Shown here piece after piece: positions 20,361 through 30,123 of a stretch of 64,000 nucleotides of DNA; the stretch's first letter is position 1; every line of letters begins with the position of its first letter. The position numbers were made by a program, and so were the translations under genes. The DNA is from an uncultured bacterium (lineage in GTDB: Bacteria; SAR324; NAC60-12). The notes beneath the pieces were generated by a model. It was given only the letters and a program-made list of their open reading frames with translations. It searched no databases and had not been told where the DNA came from. The DNA lies in the NCBI GenBank assembly GCA_965662235.1, contig CBFIGY010000009.1, forward strand, positions 30,300 through 94,299, given 5' to 3'.

Positions 20361-20932
20361 TGAATCGCTTGTGGAAACTCCTTTTGCTGCTTGGGTTGAT
20401 GGCCGGGTGCAGCGACCAAGTGGTTACGGTCCACGACCTCCCGGCCAAACCGGTTCCCATCCGCTCCGGGTACACGGTGCTCTACTGCGAGTGCCTGGAC
20501 CACCCCCTTCAGCAGCAGCTGATTCAGGAGCTGAAGGCCCAGGGAATTCCGGTCCGAGGAGTGCCCCAACTGGAAGCCTTTCAGCAGGAAGCCCCCGGAC
20601 GGTACTACGTGCTCTTTGGGTTCAGCCGAGAAGTCACTGGACGCCCCCGGACATACCCGGTCACCCGACTGGAAAGCCGCTCTGAGTCCGGAAGCTGCGG
20701 AGACGGCTGTACCTGGAGCCGCAGCTGGAATGAGCTGGTCCGGGACACGGCACAGACGGACGGACAGGCTCGGCATGAAAGCGTCCTCCTGTACCGCATT
20801 GATGAAGAAACAGAACTGGTCCTGGCCCTCAATGCCGGGGAACGTTACGCCCTGAGGCTTCAGGCCAAGGGAGAAACCGGGGCAGACACCAGCACGGTTG
20901 AGGAGAAGCGGGCCTATGAAATCACTCGTTAG
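20357..20932 (+). CDS. Hypothetical lipoprotein
   Basis: MMNRLWKLLLLLGLMAGC lipobox; overlaps both neighbours. Confidence 0.75.
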   Translation: MMNRLWKLLLLLGLMAGCSDQVVTVHDLPAKPVPIRSGYTVLYCECLDHPLQQQLIQELKAQGIPVRGVPQLEAFQQEAPGRYYVLFGFSREVTGRPRTYPVTRLESRSESGSCGDGCTWSRSWNELVRDTAQTDGQARHESVLLYRIDEETELVLALNAGERYALRLQAKGETGADTSTVEEKRAYEITR

Positions 20933-21929
20933 TGGCCTGCTGCTGCTCGCCCTGAGCGGGTGCAGCACGCACTACGTTGAAATCCAACGGACGGTGTCCA
21001 ATGACCCGACGTTCGCGCGGACACAGGTTTTGGTTGTGGAGGTCGTCACGGAGCCTGCCGACTTTGCGGAGCTGTCCATTGCGCCTCAGTCAGGACAGGT
21101 CGTCCGGTCGGGACAGCTTCCTCTGGATTCCGAAGTCGTGGCAACCGCACTTGCCGAAACGCTTTCCTTCAATGGCAAGTCCGTCCTCACCCGGTCTGAG
21201 TATGAGCGCATCCGTTCCGGACTGGAGAAACTCCGTCCGGCTTCCGGCTTCCGCAGCCCTGCGATTGATGCCCTCATCCGTCTTCACGTCCGAGTCGGCC
21301 TGCAAACGGGAGCCTATCAGCAGGAGTCCGTGGTCGGCTTCTACCGTCGCGCCCGCCGGTGCCAGTACCTCAAAAATCCACCTCCGGAGTATCAGGCCTG
21401 CCAAGAGACCGAAAACACAGCCTGGGATGAAATTCGGGTCACCAGCGATGCACAGGGCTGGGCCGCGCTGGGCTACAGTGGTGAAATCTTCCTCAATGAG
21501 AAGGATGAGTTTCGCCTACACCGGAGCCTGAGCGGATCCGGAATCCTTGATGCCCCCTATGAAGATGAGCAGGCCCTGGCACAGAAAGTGGCCAGTGGTC
21601 TGGGACGCCTGATTTCCAATGAGATGGGCGCCTTGACCCTCAAGCTGAGGTTGGAGATTGACGAGGGCAACCATTCGGAAGCGATTGACCTGCTCAAGGA
21701 GGGGAAGCTCGAAGAGGCCCGTGCAGTGCTGGAAGACGCCGTTGCCGACCCGCTGTTTCAGTCCTCAACCGACTACTACAACCTCGGACTGATTTACCAC
21801 GCGTATGGCGACCGGGTGGTCGCTGCCGACTACTACGGAAAGGCGATTGCCGCAGGAGGCTACAAGCGCCGGTACGTCGACGCCCTCCGGAACCTGAAGG
21901 CCCTGGATGCAGAAACCACTCTGGATTAA
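20916..21929 (+). CDS. Lipoprotein with C-terminal TPR
   Basis: MKSLVSGLLLLALSGC; YYNLGLIY...A..YY.KAI TPR. Confidence 0.8.
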   Translation: MKSLVSGLLLLALSGCSTHYVEIQRTVSNDPTFARTQVLVVEVVTEPADFAELSIAPQSGQVVRSGQLPLDSEVVATALAETLSFNGKSVLTRSEYERIRSGLEKLRPASGFRSPAIDALIRLHVRVGLQTGAYQQESVVGFYRRARRCQYLKNPPPEYQACQETENTAWDEIRVTSDAQGWAALGYSGEIFLNEKDEFRLHRSLSGSGILDAPYEDEQALAQKVASGLGRLISNEMGALTLKLRLEIDEGNHSEAIDLLKEGKLEEARAVLEDAVADPLFQSSTDYYNLGLIYHAYGDRVVAADYYGKAIAAGGYKRRYVDALRNLKALDAETTLD

Positions 21930-22779
21930 TGCCACCCTCGGGTTGCTCCTCATGGGGTGCAGCACCACCACCGAGCTGAAAACCACCTTGGAGTTCCCTC
22001 CGGCTCAGCGACTGACCCACAAGCCTGTGCTGGTGGAGCCTGTCGATTCGGCCTCAGAACCTGCTGCGGATGCCGCCCGCCAGTTGCTGCAGGCGAACGG
22101 ATACGTCATCCGTCAGGACACCCAGGTGACCGGAGCGCTGCTGCAGGCGTTTGGCCGCAACCAGGTTCAGCCCACTGGAGATTCGGCGTTGCTGAAGGTT
22201 CAGGCGCAGGTTTCACCACCGTCCCACACCTTCCGGAATCGCACCGAGTCGGTGTCCCTTAAGTCCTGCAACTACCTGCGGGAACGCAACCCCTGCTCCT
22301 ACCGAGACGCGTCCCGGAACGTTGTTGTCACTGCAGTCACCCAGACGGGTCAGCTAACCCTGACGCTGGAAGAGGCTGGACAGGAGCCTCAAACCCTGAC
22401 CACGGCTTTCACGGCTTCCACCAGCGGAGTGCTTCCGGCGCTGCCCACCAGTCAAGTGACCGAGCAGACGGAGCAAGCGCTTCAGCAACTGCTGCAACCG
22501 TACCTCGGTCGGCAAGAAGTCGTTGCCACCGGAATCGAACCGGACCGTCTTGCAGTGGACATGATTGAGCTGGGCCTCTACGAGGCTGCCATCGAGCGGC
22601 TGCAGGGCCACGAATCCGATGAGTCCATCCGGCTGTACGCCCTCGGTTACATCGAGGAACGCCGCGGCAACCCCTCCGGAGCCATCATGTACTACCGAGA
22701 CGGCGCTCAGCGGGGTGAGCATGAAGCCCTGTTTGATGCTGCCATCGAGCGGGTGGAACAGGCCCGGCGCCGTCCCTGA
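21907..22779 (+). CDS. Lipoprotein with C-terminal TPR
   Basis: LGLLLMGC lipobox; LYALGYIEE..G...AI.YY TPR. Confidence 0.8.
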   Translation: MQKPLWINATLGLLLMGCSTTTELKTTLEFPPAQRLTHKPVLVEPVDSASEPAADAARQLLQANGYVIRQDTQVTGALLQAFGRNQVQPTGDSALLKVQAQVSPPSHTFRNRTESVSLKSCNYLRERNPCSYRDASRNVVVTAVTQTGQLTLTLEEAGQEPQTLTTAFTASTSGVLPALPTSQVTEQTEQALQQLLQPYLGRQEVVATGIEPDRLAVDMIELGLYEAAIERLQGHESDESIRLYALGYIEERRGNPSGAIMYYRDGAQRGEHEALFDAAIERVEQARRRP

Positions 22780-22782
22780 CCC

Positions 22783-25700
22783 TCATTCCAACTCTCCCTG
22801 CACCTCCACCAACGCCGCTTCCAGCGCGTCCAAGGTCGCCGGATCCGCTTCGCTCCACAGGTCCCGTTCATGAGCCTCCAGCAGCCGCTGAGCGGCATCC
22901 CGGAGGGCCAACGGATTGTGTTCTCGGAAGAACTGCTGCTGCTCCGGATCGAGCAACAGCTTCTGAGCGACCTCTTCATACTGGTAATCCGCCACAATGT
23001 CGCAGGTGGCATCGTAGCCAAACAGGTAATCGACCGTCGCAGCCATCTCAAAGGCCCCCTTGTACCCGTGCTCGCGCATGCCGTTGATCCACTTGGGATT
23101 GAGCACACGGCTCCGGAAGACGCGGTTGAACTCCTCCTGCAGGGTGCGGATGCGGATCTTCTCCGGATTGGCAGAGTCACCGTGATAGGTCACCGGGGCC
23201 TGGCCACGGAGGTGCTCAACCGCAGCGTGCAGACCTCCTTGAAACTGGAAGTAGTCATCTGAGTCCAACAGGTCGTGCTCCCGGTTGTCCTGGTTCTGGT
23301 GGACAATTTCAACCGTCGAGAGGCGGTTGCGCAGCAGGTCGATTTCTTCGCTGCTGGAGCCGTCGGCCCGGTAGGCATGTCCCCCCCACTTGAGGAACAC
23401 GTCCGTCAGGTCCTGGCGAGATTCCCAGTTTCCGGCATCAATCAACGGAAGCAGGCCCGTGCCATAGCACCCGGGTCCCGAACTGAAGACCCGAAGCTCG
23501 GCCAACTGCGCCGCAGCTTCTGTCGGATAGCCCTGCTGCTGAAGCTGCTGCTGATCAGCCATCCAGGCCGCCCGGATGGGGTTCAGCTCCTCCGGCTCCT
23601 CCAGCGCCGCAAGCCGCTTCGGAATCGTGGAAAGCAAGCGCATCGCGTCCCCAAAGGCATCTCGGAACATGCCGGACACCCGCAGCACCACATCTACCCG
23701 AGGACGTCCCAACACGGCCGCTGGGATGATCTCAAAGTCCACCACCCGTCCGGAAATCGGTTCCCACACTGGTTCGCACCCCCACAGCCACAGGGCCTGG
23801 GCCAGGTCGTCTCCACCGGTCCGCATGTTGGATGTGCCCCAGATCACCAGCGCCAGCGTCCGGGGCCACTCGCCATGATCAGCCCGGTAGCGCTCTAGCA
23901 GTCCTTCGGCCAACGCCTTCCCGCACCGCCACGAGGTGGGGGTGGGGATGACACGGGGATCCACGGAGTAGAAGTTCCGTCCGGTCGGCAACACATCCAG
24001 CCGCCCACGCGTTGGGGCTCCAGAGGGTCCGGGGGTGAGGAACTTTCCAGCAAGTCCATCCAGCAGCCGCTGCGGTTCCAAAACGCACCGTTCCAGCCGA
24101 GGCAGCACCGTTTCGTGAAGCCACCGTCGCAGCAGCTGCAGGGCTTCATGCTCCGGAAGGGCCTCCGGTAGAGGGGCTTCGGGCCCCCACCCGATCTCTT
24201 GGGCAATCCATGCGCGCGCCTGCTGCTCCACCTGGTCCCGCTCCGCCCGGGGAAGTTCGTCCACATCAAAGTCAGCAGGCCGCTGCAGCAACGCCTGAAG
24301 CAGCCCGGGCCGTTCCAGTGATGACATCCGGAGGAGGCTGAGGAGGAAGTCGATGCGGCGTTCCCCCTGCGGAACCTCGCCAAAGATGTGCAAACCGGAG
24401 CGGATCTGGCTTTCCTTGAGGTCACAGAGGTAGTTGCTGAGCGCGTTGAGCCAGTCGTCTTCTTCCGGAAGCTCGGCCCGCCAGGGGGCTTCTTCCAGCA
24501 GGTGCTCAATCTCATGCTCCAGCTCATGCGCCCGTTCCGGATAGAGCGTCTCACAGTGAGCATGCTCCTCCAGCAGACGTTCCACCCGGTCCAAGTCGTC
24601 ATACAAACCGGCACGGGTGAGCGGAGGCGTGAGGTGGTCCACAATCACCGCTGACGTCCGACGCTTGGCCTGCGTGCCCTCTCCGGGGTCATTCACAATG
24701 AACGGGTAGAGGTGCGGAACCGGCCCCAGCACCGCCTGAGGAAAGTCATCCGGCCCCAGCGCAACGCTTCGGCCAGGGAGCCACTCTAGGTTGCCATGCT
24801 TGCCAAAGTGAATCAGGGCCTGAGCGCCAAACACCTCCCGGATCCACTGGTAAAATGCGAGGTAATGCGGCGGTGGCGCCAGCTCGGGATCGTGGTAGAT
24901 GGCCTGCGTCTGCAGCCCAAACCCTCGTTGGGGCTGGATGCCGATGAAGACGTTTCCCAGCTGCAGGCCGGCGACCGGGATCAGCTCTTCTGAATCCGGA
25001 GGCAGCGCCTCCGGCCACTGACGCCGCAAGCGGTTCTGCAGGGAGTCCGGAAGGGTCTGCAGGTGCCGATGAAAGGCCTGCCCAGAGAGCCCCTGTGCCA
25101 CAGGGTGTCCGTAGCTCTGTTCCTCATCGTTGGTGATCCCGGCCTGCAGCTGCCGGATCAGCTCATCGCCACTCTCCGGAGGCGTGCCCACGTCGTATCC
25201 GGCAGCCTGCAGGCGCTCCAGAAACCGGTGAACGCTGGCTGGCGTGTCCAGCCCCACGCCGTTTCCGAGCCGACTGTCTCGGTTGGGGTAGTTCGCCAGA
25301 ATGATCGCCAGACGCTTCTCTGCGTTGGCTTGACGACGCAGCCGGACCCAGTTTGCAGCCAACGCGGCTACATACGTCACCTGCGGGGCATCCGGAACCA
25401 CGGCCTTGGCTTGAAACTCCAACTCGGTGTGCGCCTCCTGCACCTCCTTGAAGCCCACCACGGTGGTGAGCACACGCCCATCGGTCTCAGGAAGCGCCAC
25501 GGACATTGCCACATTGGAAGGCGTCAGCCCCCGGGGGTTCTGCTCCCACGCTTCTCGGTTCTCTGTGGAGGCAATGACCTGCAGCACCGGGCACCCCAAG
25601 GTTTCCAGAAACGAGACCCGCTCATCAAGCCGCCCAATGGAAAAGCTCTGGAGCGTCAGGACCACATCTGGAGGCTCCTGCTCCGCCCGCTGCAAGAGGG

Positions 25701-25878
25701 CCTCCTGTGCCTCCGGCTCGCGGAGGGAATAGGCATAAAATGCGGAAACCTCGAGGCCATGCGCCCTCAGAGCTGCAGCCAGGGCGTCTACCACTGCCAG
25801 GTCTCCGGTTTGGTGCCAGGCCCGGTAAAACGTAATCCACACCCGCCCGGAGGACGCGCTGGACGAAAAAGCAGTCAT
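22783..25878 (-). CDS. cobN: Cobaltochelatase large subunit CobN (N-terminally short)
   Basis: VALPETDGR, GNGVGLDTP, HFGKHGNLEWLPG, NDPGEG.QAKRR, LPTGRNFY, HNQDNREHD-like, HGYKGAFE. Confidence 0.92.
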   Translation of the reverse strand: MTAFSSSASSGRVWITFYRAWHQTGDLAVVDALAAALRAHGLEVSAFYAYSLREPEAQEALLQRAEQEPPDVVLTLQSFSIGRLDERVSFLETLGCPVLQVIASTENREAWEQNPRGLTPSNVAMSVALPETDGRVLTTVVGFKEVQEAHTELEFQAKAVVPDAPQVTYVAALAANWVRLRRQANAEKRLAIILANYPNRDSRLGNGVGLDTPASVHRFLERLQAAGYDVGTPPESGDELIRQLQAGITNDEEQSYGHPVAQGLSGQAFHRHLQTLPDSLQNRLRRQWPEALPPDSEELIPVAGLQLGNVFIGIQPQRGFGLQTQAIYHDPELAPPPHYLAFYQWIREVFGAQALIHFGKHGNLEWLPGRSVALGPDDFPQAVLGPVPHLYPFIVNDPGEGTQAKRRTSAVIVDHLTPPLTRAGLYDDLDRVERLLEEHAHCETLYPERAHELEHEIEHLLEEAPWRAELPEEDDWLNALSNYLCDLKESQIRSGLHIFGEVPQGERRIDFLLSLLRMSSLERPGLLQALLQRPADFDVDELPRAERDQVEQQARAWIAQEIGWGPEAPLPEALPEHEALQLLRRWLHETVLPRLERCVLEPQRLLDGLAGKFLTPGPSGAPTRGRLDVLPTGRNFYSVDPRVIPTPTSWRCGKALAEGLLERYRADHGEWPRTLALVIWGTSNMRTGGDDLAQALWLWGCEPVWEPISGRVVDFEIIPAAVLGRPRVDVVLRVSGMFRDAFGDAMRLLSTIPKRLAALEEPEELNPIRAAWMADQQQLQQQGYPTEAAAQLAELRVFSSGPGCYGTGLLPLIDAGNWESRQDLTDVFLKWGGHAYRADGSSSEEIDLLRNRLSTVEIVHQNQDNREHDLLDSDDYFQFQGGLHAAVEHLRGQAPVTYHGDSANPEKIRIRTLQEEFNRVFRSRVLNPKWINGMREHGYKGAFEMAATVDYLFGYDATCDIVADYQYEEVAQKLLLDPEQQQFFREHNPLALRDAAQRLLEAHERDLWSEADPATLDALEAALVEVQGELE

Positions 25879-25916
25879 GCGAAATCAAGGTAAAAAGGGA
25901 ATCAGACGATGCGGGA

Positions 25917-25935
25917 GCCCGCCAGCAAGACGGGC
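25917..25935 (-). terminator. GC-rich stem-loop between the dehalogenase and cobN
   Basis: Minus strand GCCCGTC-ttgct-GGCGGGC; the U-tract is not adjacent. Confidence 0.35.
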
Positions 25936-25970
25936 CTGTTCGAGAGCTTTACGGATGGCAGGGGTGAGAG

Positions 25971-26846
25971 TCAATCTGCAAAAAAAGCAAGCAGCTCCTG
26001 AGTAACGGCTTCCGGAGCTTCTTCTGGGAGAAAGTGCCCGCAGGGAAGGGCACGTCCCGAGACCATCCGGGCGCGGGCCTGCCACACGGCAAGGACGTCG
26101 TACTTACGGTGCACAAACCCTTGGTCCCCCCAGAGCACCTGCAGCGGACACTCCACCAGGCGATCCTGGTCAGCAGCATCATGCACCAGGTCAATGCTGG
26201 CCGCCGCCCGGTAGTCTTCACAGGAGCCGTGCAGGGCTTCCGGGGTCCGGAAACAACGGATGTACTCCTGCACCGCCGCCTCGTCAAAAGTTGCCTCCGG
26301 ACCACTCCAGCGCTTCAGCTTTTCCCGCAGGTAGTACTCCGGGTCGGCGCCAATCAGCCGTTCGGGAAGGGGAAAGGGCTGGATGAGGAAAAACCAGTGG
26401 TAGTAGCTGGTGGCAAATTCCTGATCGGTGCTCTGAAACATCTGGTAGGTGGGCGCAATGTCCATGACACAGGCCTTCTGCACCCGCTGCGGATGGTCCA
26501 GCGCCAGCCGGTGCGTCACCCGGGCGCCCCGGTCGTGCCCGGCGACAGCAAATGTGGAGTACCCCAGAGCCTGCATGACCTCCACACAGTCCTGTGCCAT
26601 TGCCCGTTTGGAGTAGTTGGCGTGGTCGTCAGTTCCCGGGGGTTTCGAGCTGTCGCCATACCCACGGAGGTCCGGACAGATGACGTGAAAGTGGTTCTGC
26701 AGAGCAGGCGCCACCTGGTGCCAGAGGACGTGCGTCTGGGGGTAGCCATGCAGCAACAGCAGCGGCGGTCCCGTTCCTCCGTGCCGCAGGTGGATCTCGG
26801 CTCCGGAGGTGGACACCCGTTGGGTTTCAAAACCGGAATCAAACAT
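25971..26846 (-). CDS. Haloacetate/fluoroacetate dehalogenase (alpha/beta hydrolase)
   Basis: LLHGYPQTH, GHDRGARV, YYHWFF, CEDYRA, CGHFLPEE. Confidence 0.88.
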   Translation of the reverse strand: MFDSGFETQRVSTSGAEIHLRHGGTGPPLLLLHGYPQTHVLWHQVAPALQNHFHVICPDLRGYGDSSKPPGTDDHANYSKRAMAQDCVEVMQALGYSTFAVAGHDRGARVTHRLALDHPQRVQKACVMDIAPTYQMFQSTDQEFATSYYHWFFLIQPFPLPERLIGADPEYYLREKLKRWSGPEATFDEAAVQEYIRCFRTPEALHGSCEDYRAAASIDLVHDAADQDRLVECPLQVLWGDQGFVHRKYDVLAVWQARARMVSGRALPCGHFLPEEAPEAVTQELLAFFAD

Positions 26847-26899
26847 GAAAGGACCTCCTCAGAAAAAAGCAACTCAGGCGCTTGGTCAACACGGGAGGC

Positions 26900-26928
26900 A
26901 GTGTACCGAGAGCAGGAAGGGCAATCAA
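26900..26928 (-). promoter_or_regulatory. Sigma-70-type promoter for the dehalogenase
   Basis: Minus strand TTGATT-17 nt-TACACT; GAGGAGG RBS downstream. Confidence 0.6.
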
Positions 26929-26985
26929 GTGCTCGCTCCAGAGTCGGTGAGAGCGGAGGAGCGAACGGTGGATTCGGTGCGGGTT

Positions 26986-28008
26986 TCAGGGAGTGGGGGC
27001 GTCTGGGCGCAGCAGTCCTTCATGCCGAAGCTCCTCCCAGAAGTCAGCGGGGAGAGCAACATCAAGCAGCTGCCGGTTTTCCTGAACCTGCTCCGGCGTG
27101 AAGGCCCCGGGGATGATGGACGCTACCAGCGGGTGCCCAAGGGGAAACTGAAGCGCGGCCGCTTTGAGGGGGACCTGATGGCGGTCGCACACGGACTGGA
27201 TGCGCTGCACCTTGTCCCGAGCCTCGGCAGAGGCGGGAGCGTAAAAGTACTTGGCCTCTGGAACCGGACCAGTCGCCAGGATCCCGGACGCATACGGGGC
27301 TCCAACGACCACCCCAACGCCATGCCGTTCACAGGCGGGGAATTCCCGATCCAGCACCCCCTGATCCATCAACGTGTACGGCATGGCCACCAAGAAGAAA
27401 TCGAACGGAATGTGGTCCAGGAACCGGAGCATCATTGCCTCTTCATTGATGCCCACCCCAATGGCCTGCACCTCTCCGGAACGCTTCAGCTCATCCAGCG
27501 CCTTCCAACCACTTTCCAACTCCTGGAGCTTGCGCGCCACGTGGGCCTCTGTCCGATGGTAGCCAAAATCCAGGTCATGGATCACCAACGCCTGCACCTG
27601 GTTCACTCCTAGGCGCAAGAGGCTGTCTTCATACGACCGCATGATGCCATCGTAGGTATAATCGAACCGTAGGGTAAAGGGCAGTCCACCGGCCCAAGGT
27701 TGACGCGGCGCGTGGTCGGGATGCCCCCGGAAGCGGGAATAAACGCGTCCCACCTTCGTGGAACAGAGGAAGCTGCCGGGCTCCTGCTGCCGGAGCCAGT
27801 GACCGATGCGGTGCTCACTGAGTCCATGCCCGTACCAAGGAGCGGTGTCAAAGTAGCGGATCCCGGACTCCCAGGCCGCCTGCAGGGTTGCTTGAGCCTG
27901 TGCCTCCGGGAGACGCTGAAAGAGTTCCCCCAGCGGAGCCCCTCCCAGTCCCAAGGCCGGGAGTTCCAATCCAGAAGTCCCCAGGGGACGCGTGGGTAGA
28001 GGCTTCAT
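26986..28008 (-). CDS. Aldo/keto reductase (D-threo-aldose/L-fucose 1-dehydrogenase-like)
   Basis: LGLGGAPLG, YFDTAPWYGHGLSE, STKVGR, FDYTYDG...SL.RLG, IHD. Confidence 0.88.
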   Translation of the reverse strand: MKPLPTRPLGTSGLELPALGLGGAPLGELFQRLPEAQAQATLQAAWESGIRYFDTAPWYGHGLSEHRIGHWLRQQEPGSFLCSTKVGRVYSRFRGHPDHAPRQPWAGGLPFTLRFDYTYDGIMRSYEDSLLRLGVNQVQALVIHDLDFGYHRTEAHVARKLQELESGWKALDELKRSGEVQAIGVGINEEAMMLRFLDHIPFDFFLVAMPYTLMDQGVLDREFPACERHGVGVVVGAPYASGILATGPVPEAKYFYAPASAEARDKVQRIQSVCDRHQVPLKAAALQFPLGHPLVASIIPGAFTPEQVQENRQLLDVALPADFWEELRHEGLLRPDAPTP

Positions 28009-28925
28009 GACGTCGCTCCGTAAATCCGCCGGGCGTTGCCGGCAAACAGCGCCTGCTGCTCTTCAGGAGAGTAGGCGTCGGCCAGGTTCCGGAATCCCTC
28101 AAACAGCCGAGGCGCGGGCCAACCGTCCTTGAGGTCCACCGGAAAGTTCGAGGCAAAGCAGCACCGCTCCACGCCAAACAGCTCAATGAGCTGATGCACC
28201 AGCGGCGGCACTGGCGAGTTCGGGGCATCCCAATTCGGATCCGGATAAGCCAGCATGGAAAGCTTCAACGAGACCTGTGGTAACGCCGCCAGCGCCTTCA
28301 TTCCAGACCAGTAGGCGTCACGGTTTTCCAGATCGTGAGCCGTTGGGCACCCCAGGTGATTGAGGATCACCGGAACCTCCGGATGCTGAGCCAGAAAAGC
28401 GGCCGCTGCTGCAAACTGATGGGGGTTGAGCTGAAGGTCAAAAGAAAGCCCCAGCGCTCCGAGGCAGGCAAAACCCGCCCGCCACTCCGGATGCTCCAGC
28501 AGGTTGCCGAGTCGTTCATTCCGCGGCCACGAAGGCTCATGGTTGAGGATCTGACGGATGCCCACCACTCCGGGATACTGCTTCAGCTGATGCAGCACCG
28601 AACGGATCCGAGGCGACTCCAGAGGCGCCGTTGGGACCAACCGGTACGGTCGAGGCGAGCGTTCCAGCTGCTGCGACACCCACCACGCTTCAGCCACACA
28701 AGCAGACTCATAGGGCCAGCCATCTTCCGGAAGGTGACAGACACTGACCACCTCCACAAAGGCTCCACCGGTGTGCTCGAGTCCTGCAGAAGCCAGGTCC
28801 GTTTCATAGGCGGCCAGATCGTACACCGATTGCCCCCGCACCGCAAAGAGGACGCGGCCATCCTGCCCACTGGAGGTCCGGGGAGAAACATCCCAGATGT
28901 GAAAGTGCGGATCCCAAAACTCCAT
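28005..28925 (-). CDS. Amidohydrolase_2-family sugar lactonase (rhamnono/fucono-lactonase-like)
   Basis: DPHFHIWD, GIRQIL, SFDLQ, LNHLG, FASNFPVD; TAATG coupling to rhmD. Confidence 0.8.
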   Translation of the reverse strand: MEFWDPHFHIWDVSPRTSSGQDGRVLFAVRGQSVYDLAAYETDLASAGLEHTGGAFVEVVSVCHLPEDGWPYESACVAEAWWVSQQLERSPRPYRLVPTAPLESPRIRSVLHQLKQYPGVVGIRQILNHEPSWPRNERLGNLLEHPEWRAGFACLGALGLSFDLQLNPHQFAAAAAFLAQHPEVPVILNHLGCPTAHDLENRDAYWSGMKALAALPQVSLKLSMLAYPDPNWDAPNSPVPPLVHQLIELFGVERCCFASNFPVDLKDGWPAPRLFEGFRNLADAYSPEEQQALFAGNARRIYGATS

Positions 28926-30115
28926 TACTCCTCCGCGTAGGGACGCACTAGGTTCAAGGCATCCCGGTTCAGCGTTAACCCCCATCCAGGCGCCTCCGTG
29001 AGGCGAACCCGTCCTTGCTCAGGGAGCAGCTCGTTGGTGAACATGTCCCCAAACACCGCCGGGAAGGTGAGGCAATCTGGGCTGGTGTTGAGGTATTCAC
29101 AGAAGGGACAGTGAGGCTGAGTGATCACAAAGTGATAGCTGTAAGCGCCGCTCCCGTGCGGGACCACCGGCAGGTCGTAGGTTGCCGCTAGGGCGGAAAT
29201 CCGCAGCAGCTCCGTCAGCCCTCCACACCACATCACGTCCGGTTGAATGATATCGACGGCACGGGACTCAATCAACTTCCGGAAGCCGTAACGTGTGTAC
29301 TCATGCTCACCGGTGGTCCAGCGCATCCACGGGGCACGCTCCTTGAGGAGCCGATGCCCGTCGAAATCGTAAGGCGGCAGCACCTCTTCCAGCCAGTAGA
29401 GGTTGAGGTCCTTGAGAGCATAGGCCAGTTCTGTCGCATACGGAACATCCAAGGCCATCCAGCAGTCGGCCATCAGCATGAAGTCGGGACCCACTTTTTC
29501 CCGCATTGCCTGGAAGGTCTCATGGTTCGCCCGGATGCCTTCAAGGCGATCTGCAGGTCCATGCGCCAGGGGCATCTTCCCGCCAATGAAACCGTTTGCC
29601 TTGGCAACATCCGGCCGGATGCCGGTGCAGTAGAGAGCAATTTCATCCCGGACGGCGCCGCCGATCATCTGGTACACCGGCTCGTTCCGCAGCAGCCCTA
29701 GGACGTCCCAAAGCGCCAGGTCCACGGCACTCAGCGCCCAGAGCGGAACCCCCTTCCCGGCGTAGTAGAGGCTCGCCCGGAACATCTGATCCCAGAAGCG
29801 GTTGAGCTGCCGAGGATCCTGTCCAATCAGGAAGCGCTTGAAGTGCTTCTCAATGATGTAGCACGCCGGAGCCCCGCCCTGTCCGGCACTGACGCCAACG
29901 GTGCCATCGGAGGTTTCGATTTCGACAACAATGCTGTTCATCACATTGATGCCAAAGCTGGTCCGGGACTCCCGGTAGTCGGGATAAGCCGACATCGGCG
30001 TGGCAATCAGCGAGTCCACCAGCCAGTGTCCGGCCTCGCGGTCGTGGTAATCGCCTCCGGATCCTTTCTGTTCGAGAACATAGGCCCGGACGTCTTTGAT
30101 GGTGACGGATTTCAT
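28925..30115 (-). CDS. rhmD: L-rhamnonate dehydratase (enolase superfamily)
   Basis: GGDYHD..GHW, IATPMS.YP.YR.SR.SFGIN, DCWM, TGEHEYTRYGF, QPDV.WCGG, PHGSG. Confidence 0.92.
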   Translation of the reverse strand: MKSVTIKDVRAYVLEQKGSGGDYHDREAGHWLVDSLIATPMSAYPDYRESRTSFGINVMNSIVVEIETSDGTVGVSAGQGGAPACYIIEKHFKRFLIGQDPRQLNRFWDQMFRASLYYAGKGVPLWALSAVDLALWDVLGLLRNEPVYQMIGGAVRDEIALYCTGIRPDVAKANGFIGGKMPLAHGPADRLEGIRANHETFQAMREKVGPDFMLMADCWMALDVPYATELAYALKDLNLYWLEEVLPPYDFDGHRLLKERAPWMRWTTGEHEYTRYGFRKLIESRAVDIIQPDVMWCGGLTELLRISALAATYDLPVVPHGSGAYSYHFVITQPHCPFCEYLNTSPDCLTFPAVFGDMFTNELLPEQGRVRLTEAPGWGLTLNRDALNLVRPYAEE

Positions 30116-30123
30116 GTCCCTCC

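Noticed and set aside
25879..25970. Cobalamin riboswitch upstream of cobN
   Set aside because: Only ~90 bp and no B12-box elements recognisable on the coding strand; just one hairpin.
26847..26985. Fluoride riboswitch upstream of the dehalogenase
   Set aside because: No GGCGATGG...CGCC / GCTnATGAC core on the coding strand.
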